From NCBI GenBank assembly GCA_965279035.1, contig OZ257142.1, positions 3,904,001-3,968,000 of the forward strand: a DNA stretch of 64,000 bases. The letters are read 5' to 3'. This stretch comes from Bacteroidia bacterium (GTDB lineage: Bacteria; Bacteroidota; Bacteroidia; M30B66). Positions within the stretch are counted from its first letter, which is position 1. Each line of letters begins with the position of its first letter. Positions 17,401-30,326 of this stretch are shown one piece after another. Below the pieces are notes generated by a model. That model made no database searches. It was given only the letters and a program-made list of their open reading frames with translations, and was not told the DNA's origin. Made by a program: the position numbers and the translations under genes.

Positions 17401-20400
17401 CAGAAATTAAGAATGACACCGAAACGAATCACACGAGGACGAGCGAAATTATTCGGGTTGTTGGCACGAACTGTATAGAGATCAGCAAATGAAATTGAAT
17501 CAACTTGATTTGCAATCTGGCTTTGTGAAGTAGCGGCTGTTAAATAACCGTCATCAGAAGGATTACCGGTTGCACGATACACACCAATAATGTTTTTCTG
17601 ATTCAATACATTTTGAACTAGACAGTAAATCTGAAGTTCAGCCGATTTACGATCATCTTCTCCGTTTTTCTTTCCGTAATGTAAGGTCAATGAACGGTCG
17701 ATACGAATATTGATACGTGATTGGAATGGCAAGCGAGAACCATTTACGGTTCCTTTCAATACCGCTGTTCCTGTTCCTTGTGCCTCAGCAAAATAGTAGG
17801 AAGAACGTGTATAAGGAGTTCCAGAATTAGCAATCATCACCACATTTAAACCTGTGTTCTCAAGGATGTTTTTACCAAACAAACGTGGTCCATTGTATAA
17901 TTTCCCTTCGTCGTAACGGTAGTCGAATGTTGTTTGAATTTGATGACGTGTATCAAAGTCAAGTGGAATAGCCGTACGAAGATTTGGTTGACCAGAGTTA
18001 ATTAAGTTCACTCCAGTTGTTGAACTTGAACCTGTACCATCAGCAAACTGTAACGTATAGTTTGCTGTTAAACGAACATTACCTGTTCTACGTAAATCGT
18101 AAGCAATGGAGAGTCCTTTAACAGTTCCAAAGTCAATGTTACCAAAGGTGGTATAGTTTACCGGATATGCATAATTCACTGGAATTACTTGAATGAGGTT
18201 ACGCATCTCACGATAGAAAGCGCTGATCGTAATCGCAGAACTTTGATTCAAAGCTTGTTTGTAACCTACCTCGTAATCGATTGTACGTTGTGGTTTCAAA
18301 TCCGGATTATTGATTGTGCTACCTGTTGTATTAGCTAAGAAAAGGTAATCCAATGGGTCGATACGAATTCCTGAAGTTGGACGCTGAGTTAACACATCGT
18401 AGTGAGCAAAGAACTGAGCCACATCGGATATTGGAAACTGGAATGCAATACGTGGTAGGAAATTCGTTTGTGGTTTATAATCTTTAAATGCTGCTGAAGA
18501 AACTACTTGTTTAGTAGGATCAAGTAATGCTGGAGTAGCACGACCGCTGTTCGAAGCTTGAGCAATTACAATTGGATCGGTTACTTCTAATCCGTTTTTA
18601 TTAAACCAACGTTTTCCATCACGATACCCAATGATGTTATTGGTATTGCTTAAGTCGGTATTGTTAATATCGCGAACATACACTACGAAATCATCTCCAA
18701 TATTGGAAGGACGTGCATAACTGTTATTGTAAGTGAATTCACCTGCTTTACGTGTTTCATAAAGTGAGTAAAGATCTTTTGCCACATTTTGGTTCGCATC
18801 AAAACGGTCAACACGAATACCTACGTTGAAGATTAAATCTTTGAAAGCGAATTTGTCTTGAATGTAAGCAGCCATGTAAATTGGTGTGAATGCTCCAATT
18901 TCACGTTTGTAATTACCATGCTCATCTTTGTCGTTGAAGAAGTTGTCTAGTGTACGACGACCTTTCAACATATTACCATAAGCATCATAACCATTGTATG
19001 CAATCAATTGTGAGCTACCACCACCATTCAGAAGTTCATCAGCACTAAACATATTCAATGAATAGGCAGAAGGATCCAAGTTGTCAATGTCAATCCACGT
19101 TGTACCATTGGAAGTAAGACCTTGAGATTGGCGTAGGTTTTTATCGAAAAACGATTGGTTTGATAAATTAACTAATCGGTTGTATTTGATTGTATCAGTA
19201 AAAACTCCTTGAGAATTGAAAGTAGCAATTGGATTTGTTAAATCGAGCTGATCGATATGGCGATTTGCCAATTGGCGCATGATTGACCAAAGTCCAACAG
19301 GAGCAATGGAATAACCACGATCGGAACGTTGTTCATATTCGAAACCAAATCCAATCTCATGTCCTTTAATATCGGCAGAAGCACTACCTACAATACGAAA
19401 CTGTTCTGATTGAGATTTTGAATTTCCATTATATGTAGTACCTGGTGCATTGTACATTGAATAAACAGCGTCAGGAAGGTCACCGTTAAGTAAGCCTTTC
19501 CCTTGTTGAACCTGAGTAAAGTTTTGATAGTTTCCAGCAACTACGTTTCCAGCTAAATTATAATATTGGCTAGTGTAGTTTGAAGTAATTGGATTCGTTG
19601 TTCCTGGAACAAAGGAGAATAATGTATCTCTGAAACCAACTTGTTTAAAACCTCCTAGAATAGTTCCATTCACAGTATCAATACCACCACCGTAATTAGC
19701 GATTCGGTATGTTTTAAATTTACCTACATACCCATAATCGAACAGGTTATTTTTGTGATCTTCATTATATGAGCGACCATTCGTACGAGTATAATCGGCT
19801 TGAATGGTATAGAACACATTCTTTATAACAGAAGCAGAATTTTGTTGATCACTTCCTCCTAAACGTTGAGTGAATTTAGCATATCCACGAACTGTTTGAT
19901 TAATTCCTCGTCCGTTATTCGCTGAGTTGAACATAGAATTGGCCAAACTAAAAGCGTTGAATGCTTCATAGTCGAATGTTCCACCAATGGTAATGTTAGC
20001 TGTTTCGGATACTTTGAAATCGATTTTCCCAGCCAAAGATGCTCGGCTAGTTCGTGCATTTTCACGACGTTTTACATTTTCAAAATCAGAAGCACGAACA
20101 AAGGATGCATTTTGTTGACGACCAGTTCCAAGCGGAGCTACACGAAGTGGATTCTTTTCTATCTCTGCAAGTTTTGTTTTGTTTAATCGAGTAATACCAA
20201 CAGCAGAAGGATCATTATCGGCTTCTTTCAAAAACTCAGAAGAAATAAAGAAACCAATCATCGGTTTTTTAGTTCCATCAGCTAGTTTTTTTAATGCAAT
20301 AGGACCAGTTAAATTGAAACCAAGGAGGTTATATCCGTAACCATCTACCGAGCGAACATATTCCAAACCACCATTAACTTGTTGTGATGGTCCACGTGTA

Positions 20401-21065
20401 GTAATTGAAATTACCCCACCAGTAGCATCACCATACATAGCTGGTAAACCACCTGTGATGATTTGAATTTGCTCAATACCTTGTTGAGGAATGTTGGTAG
20501 AACCGCGGACTTTAATACCATCTACAAAGTAAAACGTTGCATCACCCCTTGAACCACGAACGTTGATGCCTGCACCTTCGTCCGATTGAGTAACTCCGGC
20601 TGTTGTAGCTGCTACTGAATTTACATTCCGTGTTGGTAATGCGTAAATTTCTTCTTTAGTTACTGTTTTCCCTTGATAATCCTCAATCAGAGGAACATCG
20701 TATGCAACAACTTCATACGTTTTTATCTCAACAACCGAGGATTCCAGTTTCACATCGACTGTTGTAATTTTTCCAGCAGAAATAATTACCCCAGTAGTTT
20801 TGATTGGCTTATATCCAACATAACTGGTTTTCACTTCGTATGATCCTGGATCAATAGGTTTGATCTGGTATTCACCATCAAAGTTCGATTGGCCGGTTCC
20901 TATTTGAATTCCTCCAACTTCCACTACGATATTCGCAAATGGAATGGGTTCTCCGGTTTTAGAGTCCTTAATTGTCCCTTTCAATGAACCTGCACCTGCT
21001 TGCGCAAAAGCGGCTGATGAAATGGAAAGAACTGTAATAATTGTCAGGTAAAGCTTTCTTACCAT
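17400..21065 (-). CDS. TonB-dependent receptor with N-terminal carboxypeptidase-regulatory-like domain
   Basis: Signal peptide, GEPIPFANI domain, plug (INVRGSR...FVDGIKV...GGLPAMYGDATGGVISITT), barrel NPDLKPQRT, terminal Phe. Confidence 0.88.
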   Translation of the reverse strand: MVRKLYLTIITVLSISSAAFAQAGAGSLKGTIKDSKTGEPIPFANIVVEVGGIQIGTGQSNFDGEYQIKPIDPGSYEVKTSYVGYKPIKTTGVIISAGKITTVDVKLESSVVEIKTYEVVAYDVPLIEDYQGKTVTKEEIYALPTRNVNSVAATTAGVTQSDEGAGINVRGSRGDATFYFVDGIKVRGSTNIPQQGIEQIQIITGGLPAMYGDATGGVISITTRGPSQQVNGGLEYVRSVDGYGYNLLGFNLTGPIALKKLADGTKKPMIGFFISSEFLKEADNDPSAVGITRLNKTKLAEIEKNPLRVAPLGTGRQQNASFVRASDFENVKRRENARTSRASLAGKIDFKVSETANITIGGTFDYEAFNAFSLANSMFNSANNGRGINQTVRGYAKFTQRLGGSDQQNSASVIKNVFYTIQADYTRTNGRSYNEDHKNNLFDYGYVGKFKTYRIANYGGGIDTVNGTILGGFKQVGFRDTLFSFVPGTTNPITSNYTSQYYNLAGNVVAGNYQNFTQVQQGKGLLNGDLPDAVYSMYNAPGTTYNGNSKSQSEQFRIVGSASADIKGHEIGFGFEYEQRSDRGYSIAPVGLWSIMRQLANRHIDQLDLTNPIATFNSQGVFTDTIKYNRLVNLSNQSFFDKNLRQSQGLTSNGTTWIDIDNLDPSAYSLNMFSADELLNGGGSSQLIAYNGYDAYGNMLKGRRTLDNFFNDKDEHGNYKREIGAFTPIYMAAYIQDKFAFKDLIFNVGIRVDRFDANQNVAKDLYSLYETRKAGEFTYNNSYARPSNIGDDFVVYVRDINNTDLSNTNNIIGYRDGKRWFNKNGLEVTDPIVIAQASNSGRATPALLDPTKQVVSSAAFKDYKPQTNFLPRIAFQFPISDVAQFFAHYDVLTQRPTSGIRIDPLDYLFLANTTGSTINNPDLKPQRTIDYEVGYKQALNQSSAITISAFYREMRNLIQVIPVNYAYPVNYTTFGNIDFGTVKGLSIAYDLRRTGNVRLTANYTLQFADGTGSSSTTGVNLINSGQPNLRTAIPLDFDTRHQIQTTFDYRYDEGKLYNGPRLFGKNILENTGLNVVMIANSGTPYTRSSYYFAEAQGTGTAVLKGTVNGSRLPFQSRINIRIDRSLTLHYGKKNGEDDRKSAELQIYCLVQNVLNQKNIIGVYRATGNPSDDGYLTAATSQSQIANQVDSISFADLYTVRANNPNNFARPRVIRFGVILNF

Positions 21066-21551
21066 ACTCCTTTGTGTTTAAAATCCACGTTTTTTTTCAA
21101 GGTTGCTAAGATAGAAATTGATTTGTTCCACCTTAAAATTTGATAAAAAATAGGTAATTGCCTATCTATCAATAGTTCAAGCTTGTTTTAGTAGTCATTA
21201 GGTTGCTTTCGTTCAGAGGAAACTAGGAAGAAAAACAGATCATAATGTTTTGAAATTTAAGTAATTGCACTTTTCGTAATGCGCAATAATCTAACAATCA
21301 ATATACTACGGAATCAAGCCCTATTTTGATCAGATTGTCTCCTCAAATTCGTCCTGTATCGTGTTAAAATGTACAAGCTTTATCAAGTAGAAAATTTGAT
21401 ACTACAAATGTGAAATAAGATTCAATCATGAGCAATTACAATAAACTTAGCTTATCGCTCAAAAAATGATTTCATTCTTAGGGTTTAAGGACTTATCAAT
21501 ATGATAATGCGCTGATTTTCAAAAATATAAAACCAAGACTTATGAAGTACA

Positions 21552-21833
21552 CTAAAAACGTCGTTTGTGTCGGTTAAGTCGATCACTTTTACGTTTTGTC
21601 TTTTTCATTCTGCGCTTTGTAGCTTTATCTTGAATGTCTGTATGGCGCTTCCGCAAGCGTTTTTCGGCATTTCGCTGTTTCTTAATTTGAACTTCCTTTT
21701 TTTCTTTCAGCTCTTTTTTCTGCTTTTCACGGCTCTTCGGTTTTACCTGAGCATGAATTCCTGATATGGAAAATGCAATAAAGAACAGAATAAGACTGAA
21801 TCTTCTAAATACGAACCAATGGGATGAACTCAT
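21552..21833 (-). CDS. Hypothetical small, highly basic secreted protein
   Basis: Signal-like N-terminus followed by a K/R-rich helical region (HTDIQDKATKRRMK). Confidence 0.6.
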   Translation of the reverse strand: MSSSHWFVFRRFSLILFFIAFSISGIHAQVKPKSREKQKKELKEKKEVQIKKQRNAEKRLRKRHTDIQDKATKRRMKKTKRKSDRLNRHKRRF

Positions 21834-21900
21834 GAAAATGGAAATTGAATAGACAAAAATATACGGATATCTTTGTTTGATCGTTATGTTGCTTCATCCA

Positions 21901-22335
21901 ATGAAAAATATCGGGAATCTTTTTATTCTAACTCTTCTGATTACTGCTTCTTGTAAAAAAGGAGATATCAATCAGCAGTTGGGAATTCCGTACGTAAAAG
22001 TGGATCAATATGTCTTATTGAACGATCCTTCGAGTATTTCATTGAATGCCGTTGGCGGATTTCTCTATTTAAATGCTGGTTCTCGTGGTATAGTAGTTTA
22101 CCATCGTTCGTATGAAGAATATGTAGCATTCGACAGGCATTGTACCTATAAAACGACCGATGCTTGCGGGAAAGTTTCTCTTGATTCAACGACTAACGTG
22201 ATATTAAAATGTGCTTGCTGCGATTCTAAATTTTCACTTATTGATGGAAGTGTATTAAATGGACCTTCGATTAATCCACTGCTTCAATATAAATCACAAA
22301 TGACTGGGACGGGAACCTTGCATATATACAATTAA
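21901..22335 (+). CDS. Rieske-fold-like lipoprotein
   Basis: Lipobox LITASC, FDRHCTY and CACCDSKFSLIDG...GP...PLLQY. Start at MKNIG (21901) preferred. Confidence 0.65.
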   Translation: MKNIGNLFILTLLITASCKKGDINQQLGIPYVKVDQYVLLNDPSSISLNAVGGFLYLNAGSRGIVVYHRSYEEYVAFDRHCTYKTTDACGKVSLDSTTNVILKCACCDSKFSLIDGSVLNGPSINPLLQYKSQMTGTGTLHIYN

Positions 22336-22366
22336 AAAATCCCTGCCACTCGAAAGCAACAGGGAT
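22334..22366 (-). terminator. Intrinsic terminator of ahcY
   Basis: ATCCCTG...CAGGGAT stem with an A-run on the left (T-run on the minus strand). Confidence 0.65.
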
Positions 22367-22388
22367 CGAATCCTATATTTTAGAACTA

Positions 22389-23711
22389 TCAATAACGATA
22401 ATATTCTGGTTTGAAAGGACCTTGTACTTCAACACCAATGTATTCAGCTTGATCGTTTGTTAAAACATCTAACTCAACACCGATTTTAGCCAAGTGTAAA
22501 CGAGCCACTTTTTCATCCAAGTGTTTTGGTAAAGTGTACACTTTCTTCTCGTAAGCTGCAGTATTTGTCCACAATTCCAATTGAGCAAGCACTTGATTTG
22601 TGAATGAATTAGACATCACAAAAGAAGGGTGACCAGTAGCACAACCTAAATTCACTAAACGACCTTCAGCTAGAACGATGATTTCTTTTCCATCGATGTT
22701 GTATAAGTCAACTTGTGGTTTGATTGTGTCTTTTGTATGACCATAAGCACCGTTTAACCAAGCCATATCGATTTCAGTATCGAAGTGACCAATGTTACAA
22801 ACGATTGCTTTGTCTTTCAAAGCACGGAAATGACGCTCAGTAACAATATTCATGTTTCCTGTAGCAGTAACCACGATATCAGCTTCTTTGATAGCTGTTT
22901 CCATTTTCTTCACTTCGTATCCTTCCATTGCAGCCTGAAGCGCACAGATTGGATCGATTTCAGTCACAATTACACGAACACCTGAGTTCTTCAGAGAATC
23001 GGCAGAACCTTTTCCAACATCACCGTAACCAGCAACAACAGCTACTTTACCAGCCATCATCACATCAGTAGCGCGACGAATTGCATCAACCAAAGATTCG
23101 CGGCAACCATATTTATTATCGAATTTCGATTTGGTAACAGAATCGTTGATATTGATTGCTGGAACTAACAAAGTTCCTTTTTTCATACGCTCATACAAAC
23201 GATGAACACCTGTAGTTGTTTCTTCAGATAATCCGCGAATTCCACTTGCCAACTCTGGATATTTATCAAATACCAAATTGGTCAAATCACCACCATCATC
23301 CAAAATCATATTCAATGGTTTGCGTTCAACACCAAAGAATAATGTTTGTTCAATACACCAATCGAATTCTTCTGCAGTCATGCCTTTCCAAGCATAAACA
23401 GGAATTCCAGCAGCAGCAATAGCAGCAGCAGCATGGTCTTGTGTACTGAAAATGTTACATGATGACCAAGTAACTTCCGCACCAAGAGCAACCAATGTTT
23501 CAATCAAAACAGCGGTTTGAATTGTCATGTGTAGACATCCAGCAACGCGTGCACCTTGAAGCGGTTTTGTTGTTCCGAATTCATCACGAAGTGCCATCAA
23601 TCCTGGCATTTCAGCTTCAGCTAAACGGATTTCTTTACGACCCCACTCTGCTAGTGAGATGTCTTTTACTTTAAAAGGAATGTAGTTTTCCACAGCTACG
23701 TTATTTTCCAT
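22389..23711 (-). CDS. ahcY: Adenosylhomocysteinase
   Basis: [39 protein letters not shown] and [14 protein letters not shown] motifs. Confidence 0.98.
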   Translation of the reverse strand: MENNVAVENYIPFKVKDISLAEWGRKEIRLAEAEMPGLMALRDEFGTTKPLQGARVAGCLHMTIQTAVLIETLVALGAEVTWSSCNIFSTQDHAAAAIAAAGIPVYAWKGMTAEEFDWCIEQTLFFGVERKPLNMILDDGGDLTNLVFDKYPELASGIRGLSEETTTGVHRLYERMKKGTLLVPAININDSVTKSKFDNKYGCRESLVDAIRRATDVMMAGKVAVVAGYGDVGKGSADSLKNSGVRVIVTEIDPICALQAAMEGYEVKKMETAIKEADIVVTATGNMNIVTERHFRALKDKAIVCNIGHFDTEIDMAWLNGAYGHTKDTIKPQVDLYNIDGKEIIVLAEGRLVNLGCATGHPSFVMSNSFTNQVLAQLELWTNTAAYEKKVYTLPKHLDEKVARLHLAKIGVELDVLTNDQAEYIGVEVQGPFKPEYYRY

Positions 23712-23935
23712 GAGTTTATCAATTTCGGGCGCAAAGGTAATACATCTTCAGGCAATTAACCGGTTTTGTGTTGAAATCTTTCCAAGATCACTCATTGGAA
23801 CCACGTTCAGATTAAGAAACTTGCCTCCAATTCGAGGTGTCGTAATATCTCGACAGATTGTCAGTTAACCGGCGCTGGCATAATTGCTGAAAACCCGCCG
23901 GAAATTTTTCGTTCCTTTACAAATTCAAACCTCCT

Positions 23936-24610
23936 ATGTTTCATAACGACGAGTTCAGAAAATACGCCGTAAAGCACCGCGGTATCAGTTCCAGTTCGCT
24001 GGATAGTTACACTTCTATCACTTCAGATTATATTTCTCCAACAATCATTGAAGAGCGCCAATTAAATGTAGCTCAGATGGATGTATTTTCGAGATTGATG
24101 ATGGATCGAATCATTTTTCTTGGTGTTGGAATCAACGATTATGTGGCTAATATCGTTCAAGCTCAACTACTTTTCTTGGAAAGTGTGGATGCTAAAAAAG
24201 ATATTCAGATATATATGAATACACCTGGCGGATCTGTTTATGCCGGTTTGGGAATTTATGACACTATGCAGATTATTGCCCCGGATGTTGCGACAATCTG
24301 TACCGGAATGGCAGCATCCATGGGTGCCGTTTTATTATGTGCTGGTGCCGATGGAAAACGTACTGCATTGAAACATGCACGTGTGATGATTCATCAACCA
24401 ATGGGCGGTGCTCAAGGACAAGCTTCCGACATTGAAATCACAGCACGTGAAATTCAGAAATTGAAAAAAGAATTATACGATATCATTGCTGGACATTCAG
24501 GACAGACATACGATAAAGTAGAAAAAGACAGCGACCGCGATTACTGGATGACAGCCGAGGAAGCCAAAGCATACGGGATGATTGATGAAATCCTGACACG
24601 TAAAAAGTAA
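23936..24610 (+). CDS. clpP: ATP-dependent Clp protease proteolytic subunit
   Basis: [22 protein letters not shown] and MIHQP motifs. Confidence 0.98.
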   Translation: MFHNDEFRKYAVKHRGISSSSLDSYTSITSDYISPTIIEERQLNVAQMDVFSRLMMDRIIFLGVGINDYVANIVQAQLLFLESVDAKKDIQIYMNTPGGSVYAGLGIYDTMQIIAPDVATICTGMAASMGAVLLCAGADGKRTALKHARVMIHQPMGGAQGQASDIEITAREIQKLKKELYDIIAGHSGQTYDKVEKDSDRDYWMTAEEAKAYGMIDEILTRKK

Positions 24611-24619
24611 AAACACCGG

Positions 24620-25858
24620 ATGGAAAGGATTAAGGAGAAATGTTCATTTTGCGGACGCAGTAAAAAGGAAACTGCCATTCTTATTGCAGGTTTGGATGCT
24701 TTCATTTGTGATGTGTGTGTTACACAAGCCAATCAGATTGTATCCGAAGAACTTGCCGAACGCAAAGGCGGAACTGTGAAGCAGGAACTCAATCTCCTTA
24801 AACCTTCCGAAATAAAACTTCATCTCGATGAATATGTCATTGGACAAGATGAAGCTAAAAAAGTACTCTGTGTTGCCGTTTACAATCACTACAAACGTCT
24901 ATCTCAGAAGAACTTTAAGATAGATGAAGAAACGGAAATCGAGAAATCGAACATTATTTTAGTTGGTGAAACGGGTACTGGTAAAACATTACTTGCTAGA
25001 ACCATTTCCCGCATTTTGAATGTTCCTTTTTGTATTGCCGACGCAACCGTATTAACCGAAGCAGGATATGTGGGTGAGGATGTGGAAAGCATCCTTGCCC
25101 GTTTGCTTCAAGCTGCCGATTATAATGTTGAAGCCGCCCAACGCGGAATCGTTTTCATTGATGAAGTAGATAAAATTGCTCGTAAAAGCGATAATCCATC
25201 CATTACTCGGGATGTTTCCGGAGAAGGTGTTCAACAAGGATTATTAAAACTGCTCGAAGGTGCTGTAGTTAATGTTCCTCCGCAAGGTGGACGCAAACAT
25301 CCTGAACAAAAAATGGTCGCCATCGATACACGCAATATCCTATTTATATGTGGTGGGGCTTTCGATGGTATTGATAAGAAAATTGCTCGTCGTATTCAAA
25401 GTCAAACCATTGGATACGCTACGAATAAAGAAGCTGAAGTCATCGATAAAGAAAATTTACTCAAATACATCAATCCCCAAGATTTAAAAAGCTTCGGTTT
25501 AATTCCAGAACTGATTGGTCGATTGCCTGTATTAAGTCACCTTGATCCTCTCGATCCAGAAGCTTTAAAACGAATTCTCACCGAACCTAAAAACGCATTG
25601 ATCAAACAATACAAAAAGCTGTTTAGCATTGATCATGTGGACATAGATTTCGATGAAAATGTGCTCGATTTCATAGTAGAAAGAGCAAACGAATTTAAAT
25701 TGGGAGCCCGTGGATTGAGATCGATCTGCGAAGGCATTATGACCGATTTGATGTTTGAATTACCATCAGATCCAAGTGTAAAAAAGTATACAGTTACCTT
25801 GAAATACGCGAAAGCGAAATTCGACAAGCTGAAACTTAACCATCTAAAGGCTGCTTAA
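24620..25858 (+). CDS. clpX: ATP-dependent Clp protease ATP-binding subunit ClpX
   Basis: Zn finger CSFCG...CDVC, Walker [21 protein letters not shown] loop. Confidence 0.98.
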   Translation: MERIKEKCSFCGRSKKETAILIAGLDAFICDVCVTQANQIVSEELAERKGGTVKQELNLLKPSEIKLHLDEYVIGQDEAKKVLCVAVYNHYKRLSQKNFKIDEETEIEKSNIILVGETGTGKTLLARTISRILNVPFCIADATVLTEAGYVGEDVESILARLLQAADYNVEAAQRGIVFIDEVDKIARKSDNPSITRDVSGEGVQQGLLKLLEGAVVNVPPQGGRKHPEQKMVAIDTRNILFICGGAFDGIDKKIARRIQSQTIGYATNKEAEVIDKENLLKYINPQDLKSFGLIPELIGRLPVLSHLDPLDPEALKRILTEPKNALIKQYKKLFSIDHVDIDFDENVLDFIVERANEFKLGARGLRSICEGIMTDLMFELPSDPSVKKYTVTLKYAKAKFDKLKLNHLKAA

Positions 25859-25859
25859 T

Positions 25860-26453
25860 TTATTTCCCGCAATTACACCCTGGAGAAATAAAAACTTCGG
25901 TGTGAGGTAATTGCTCGAAAACACTTTCTTTCTCTGATTCCGTAAGGAGAATAGCCCTCATATCGAGGTATTTGAGCTTAGTCAGTTTTTCGATACTCTC
26001 GGGAAGCATCGTAATTTCATTTCCCCATACTTGAAGAAATTCTAGTTCTGTTAAATCTCCAATTTCAAATGGAAGAACTACAATTTGGTTTTTCCCAAGA
26101 TCTAGGTAACGGAGTTTTTGAAGACTCCCAATTTCTTTCCCAACAACATCAATTTGATTACGAGCTAATCGTAAAATTTCAAGATTTTTCAGTTTCCCAA
26201 TATCTGTTGGAATTCGCTTGATTTTATTGGAAGTCAAATCCAACTCTCGAAGATTTTTAAAGAGATAAACTTCCGGTGGAATTTGAGTATACCGCTTTCG
26301 TTTCAACCTCAAAATTTGAACAGAATCAGGATGAAGTAGCGCTTCAGAAATACTCGTATACACTTTTCCTTCAATTACATAATCTGGCTGAGCCATTATA
26401 TCGACTGAAGAAATGAAAAGGAGAAACGTGAAAAAATAAATAAGCTTGTTCAT
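25860..26453 (-). CDS. Leucine-rich repeat protein, secreted
   Basis: Signal peptide and LxxLxxLdLxxNxI repeats. Confidence 0.88.
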   Translation of the reverse strand: MNKLIYFFTFLLFISSVDIMAQPDYVIEGKVYTSISEALLHPDSVQILRLKRKRYTQIPPEVYLFKNLRELDLTSNKIKRIPTDIGKLKNLEILRLARNQIDVVGKEIGSLQKLRYLDLGKNQIVVLPFEIGDLTELEFLQVWGNEITMLPESIEKLTKLKYLDMRAILLTESEKESVFEQLPHTEVFISPGCNCGK

Positions 26454-27391
26454 ACGGAAAGATACTTCAGGGCTTCTTTCTTATCGAGTTCTAATTGTGT
26501 TCGGAGTTCTTCTACCCCATTGAAACGTATCTCATCTCGAATACGTGCAGATATTCTGATTTTAATTTCCTGTTCATATAAATTACCTTCAAAATCAATC
26601 AAATGTACCTCAATACTTCGCTGATTATTAGTTGAAACTGTTGGACGAACCCCGATATTCATCATTCCATGATATATACCAGTTCCAACAGAAACTGTTA
26701 CAGCATATACTCCATTGGCTGGAATTAATTTATAATCATTTTCAAGTTGAATATTGGCAGTAGGAAAACCAATTGTTCGCCCTAATTGTTTTCCCTTAAC
26801 TACTTTTCCACTAAAGGGATAAGGATATCCTAAAAATCTATTCGCGGTTTGGATATCTCCTTTTCGAAGTGCCTCACGAATTTTAGTAGAACTAACAGCT
26901 ACTTGATCAATGTCTTGTGCAGGAATTTCTTCTACATCAAATCCATATAAGGGTCCGAATTTTTTCAAATGCTCGAATGATCCTGTTCTATTTTTTCCAA
27001 AATGATGATCATACCCAATTACCAACTTCTTAGTTCTCACCGTTTCAACTAAAATTCTACGGATAAACTCTTCCGAACTCCATTCTGCAAATTCCTTATT
27101 AAAAGGAATCACCAGTAAATGATCAATCCCAAGTTGGCTTAAGCGTGCAATTTTTTCGGAAAGCGTGCTAAGAACTTGAAGATTGTTGTTTTCGGGTTGA
27201 AGTATTAAGCGTGGATGAGGATGGAACGTAATAACAACCGATTGACCTTGATAATTAGTACACAAAGTGTGTAGCCGATGAATAATCGTTTGGTGGCCTA
27301 AATGCACACCATCAAAAGTGCCTGTAGTAACAACAGGAAATGATAGGACTGGAAAATCTTGAAGTTCGTAATATACTTGCACAGGTGACAA
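26450..27391 (-). CDS. ribF: Bifunctional riboflavin kinase/FAD synthetase
   Basis: GTFDGVHLGH, VSSTKIR, GRTIGFPTAN and IGVRPT motifs. Start may be GTG at 27382. Confidence 0.97.
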   Translation of the reverse strand: MSPVQVYYELQDFPVLSFPVVTTGTFDGVHLGHQTIIHRLHTLCTNYQGQSVVITFHPHPRLILQPENNNLQVLSTLSEKIARLSQLGIDHLLVIPFNKEFAEWSSEEFIRRILVETVRTKKLVIGYDHHFGKNRTGSFEHLKKFGPLYGFDVEEIPAQDIDQVAVSSTKIREALRKGDIQTANRFLGYPYPFSGKVVKGKQLGRTIGFPTANIQLENDYKLIPANGVYAVTVSVGTGIYHGMMNIGVRPTVSTNNQRSIEVHLIDFEGNLYEQEIKIRISARIRDEIRFNGVEELRTQLELDKKEALKYLSV

Positions 27392-27453
27392 ACCTAAAGG
27401 AAAAATAATGAGAATCCAACCTCATTAAGTTTGAGATGAAACTATGAAATTGA

Positions 27454-29109
<1,656 letters not shown>

Positions 29110-29120
29110 TCCAATCGCAC

Positions 29121-29357
29121 ATGCATCTAGAGATTATATCACCTGATAAAAAATTGTACGAAGCTGATGTGACTTCATTAATCCTTCCGGGGATTGATGG
29201 TTCATTCGGGATTTTGGACAAACACGCTCCATTAATATCTGCCTTGAAAAAGGGTAAAATTAAAGTGACGGATAAAGCATCTGTGAAGCATGTTTTTGAA
29301 ATTAACGGCGGTGTTGTTGAAGTTCAAAATAACAAAGTGATCGTACTTGCTGAATAA
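29121..29357 (+). CDS. atpC: F0F1 ATP synthase subunit epsilon (short form)
   Basis: LEIISPD...GSFGILDKHAPLISAL, directly after atpD. Confidence 0.95.
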   Translation: MHLEIISPDKKLYEADVTSLILPGIDGSFGILDKHAPLISALKKGKIKVTDKASVKHVFEINGGVVEVQNNKVIVLAE

Positions 29358-29374
29358 ACAAACGATTTAAAATG

Positions 29375-29412
29375 AAAAGGCTCACTCAATTAATTTAAGT
29401 GGGCCTTTTTTA
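29375..29412 (+). terminator. Intrinsic terminator
   Basis: AAAAGGCTCACT...AGTGGGCCTTTT followed by a T-run. Confidence 0.8.
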
Positions 29413-29442
29413 TTTCAATTCCTATCTTCACCAAAAAAGCAT

Positions 29443-29724
29443 ATGGAATACACACTTATAGATAATGTAGCTGAACAACAATTTGAATTTCATTTGGAAG
29501 ACGGCGAAAAAGCATTGATTACCTATCGCATCAAAGACGGTGTTGTATATCTACTTCACACTTCGATTCCAGAGCATTTTGAAGGAAAAGGCATTGCATC
29601 TCAATTAGCTACGAAAGTGTTTACGCGTTTAAAAAACAATGGTATTTCAGCCAAATTGTATTGTGCGTATTTAAGGACTTACGTTGAACGTCATCCTGAA
29701 TGGGAATCAATCCTTGTAGCTTAA
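29443..29724 (+). CDS. GNAT family N-acetyltransferase (YjdJ-like)
   Basis: LLHTSIP..FEGKGIA...CAY...HPEW. Confidence 0.85.
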   Translation: MEYTLIDNVAEQQFEFHLEDGEKALITYRIKDGVVYLLHTSIPEHFEGKGIASQLATKVFTRLKNNGISAKLYCAYLRTYVERHPEWESILVA

Positions 29725-29736
29725 ATACTATCTGTT

Positions 29737-30198
29737 TTGACTGACGAATTTTACATGCGGGAAGCATTACGTGAAGCCCAAAAAGCTTTTGATGCAGACG
29801 AAGTTCCAATTGGCTGTGTGATTGTTTGGAACAATCGAATCATCGCTCGAGCTTTTAATCGTACCGAGCAATTGAAGGATTTTACTGCGCATGCCGAAAT
29901 GCAAGCATTTACAAGTGCATCTGATTTCCTAAATAACAAATACCTCAACGAATGTACCTTGTATGTAACGCTTGAACCCTGTGTTATGTGCAGCGGTGCC
30001 GCTTTTTGGACTCAGTTAGGTAAAATAGTATTTGGAGCTTCTGATTTAAAACGAGGAGTTTCGGCGCTTTCTGCGAAGATTTTACATCCTTCAACCGAGG
30101 TCATTCAGGGTATTCTCGAACAAGAATGTGCAGGAATCCTGGGAGAGTTCTTCCAAAAAAAACGCAGAAGAGATTCCGGAAGCACCCAGCAGGACTAG
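29737..30198 (+). CDS. tadA: tRNA-specific adenosine deaminase / nucleoside deaminase
   Basis: EVPIGCVIV, HAEM and TLEPCVMC motifs. Confidence 0.85.
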   Translation: MTDEFYMREALREAQKAFDADEVPIGCVIVWNNRIIARAFNRTEQLKDFTAHAEMQAFTSASDFLNNKYLNECTLYVTLEPCVMCSGAAFWTQLGKIVFGASDLKRGVSALSAKILHPSTEVIQGILEQECAGILGEFFQKKRRRDSGSTQQD

Positions 30199-30326
30199 AT
30201 TCGGCTTCATTTTATTACCTGAGCATTATCAATACATGAAGCCCATCAATTTTTCATGAATTGCCTATATATGTATGCTGCTAAAGTCAGTAAAAATGAC
30301 TACTTTTGCGCCGCCAAAAACCTGAC

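Noticed and set aside
21066-21551. Hidden ncRNA or riboswitch in the long leader of the TBDR operon
   Set aside because: AT-rich, with no convincing stems or known aptamer motif visible by eye.
23712-23935. SAH/SAM riboswitch upstream of ahcY
   Set aside because: A TACCTTTG -7 box lies about 20 nt from the start codon, leaving no room for one, and no aptamer motif was recognised.
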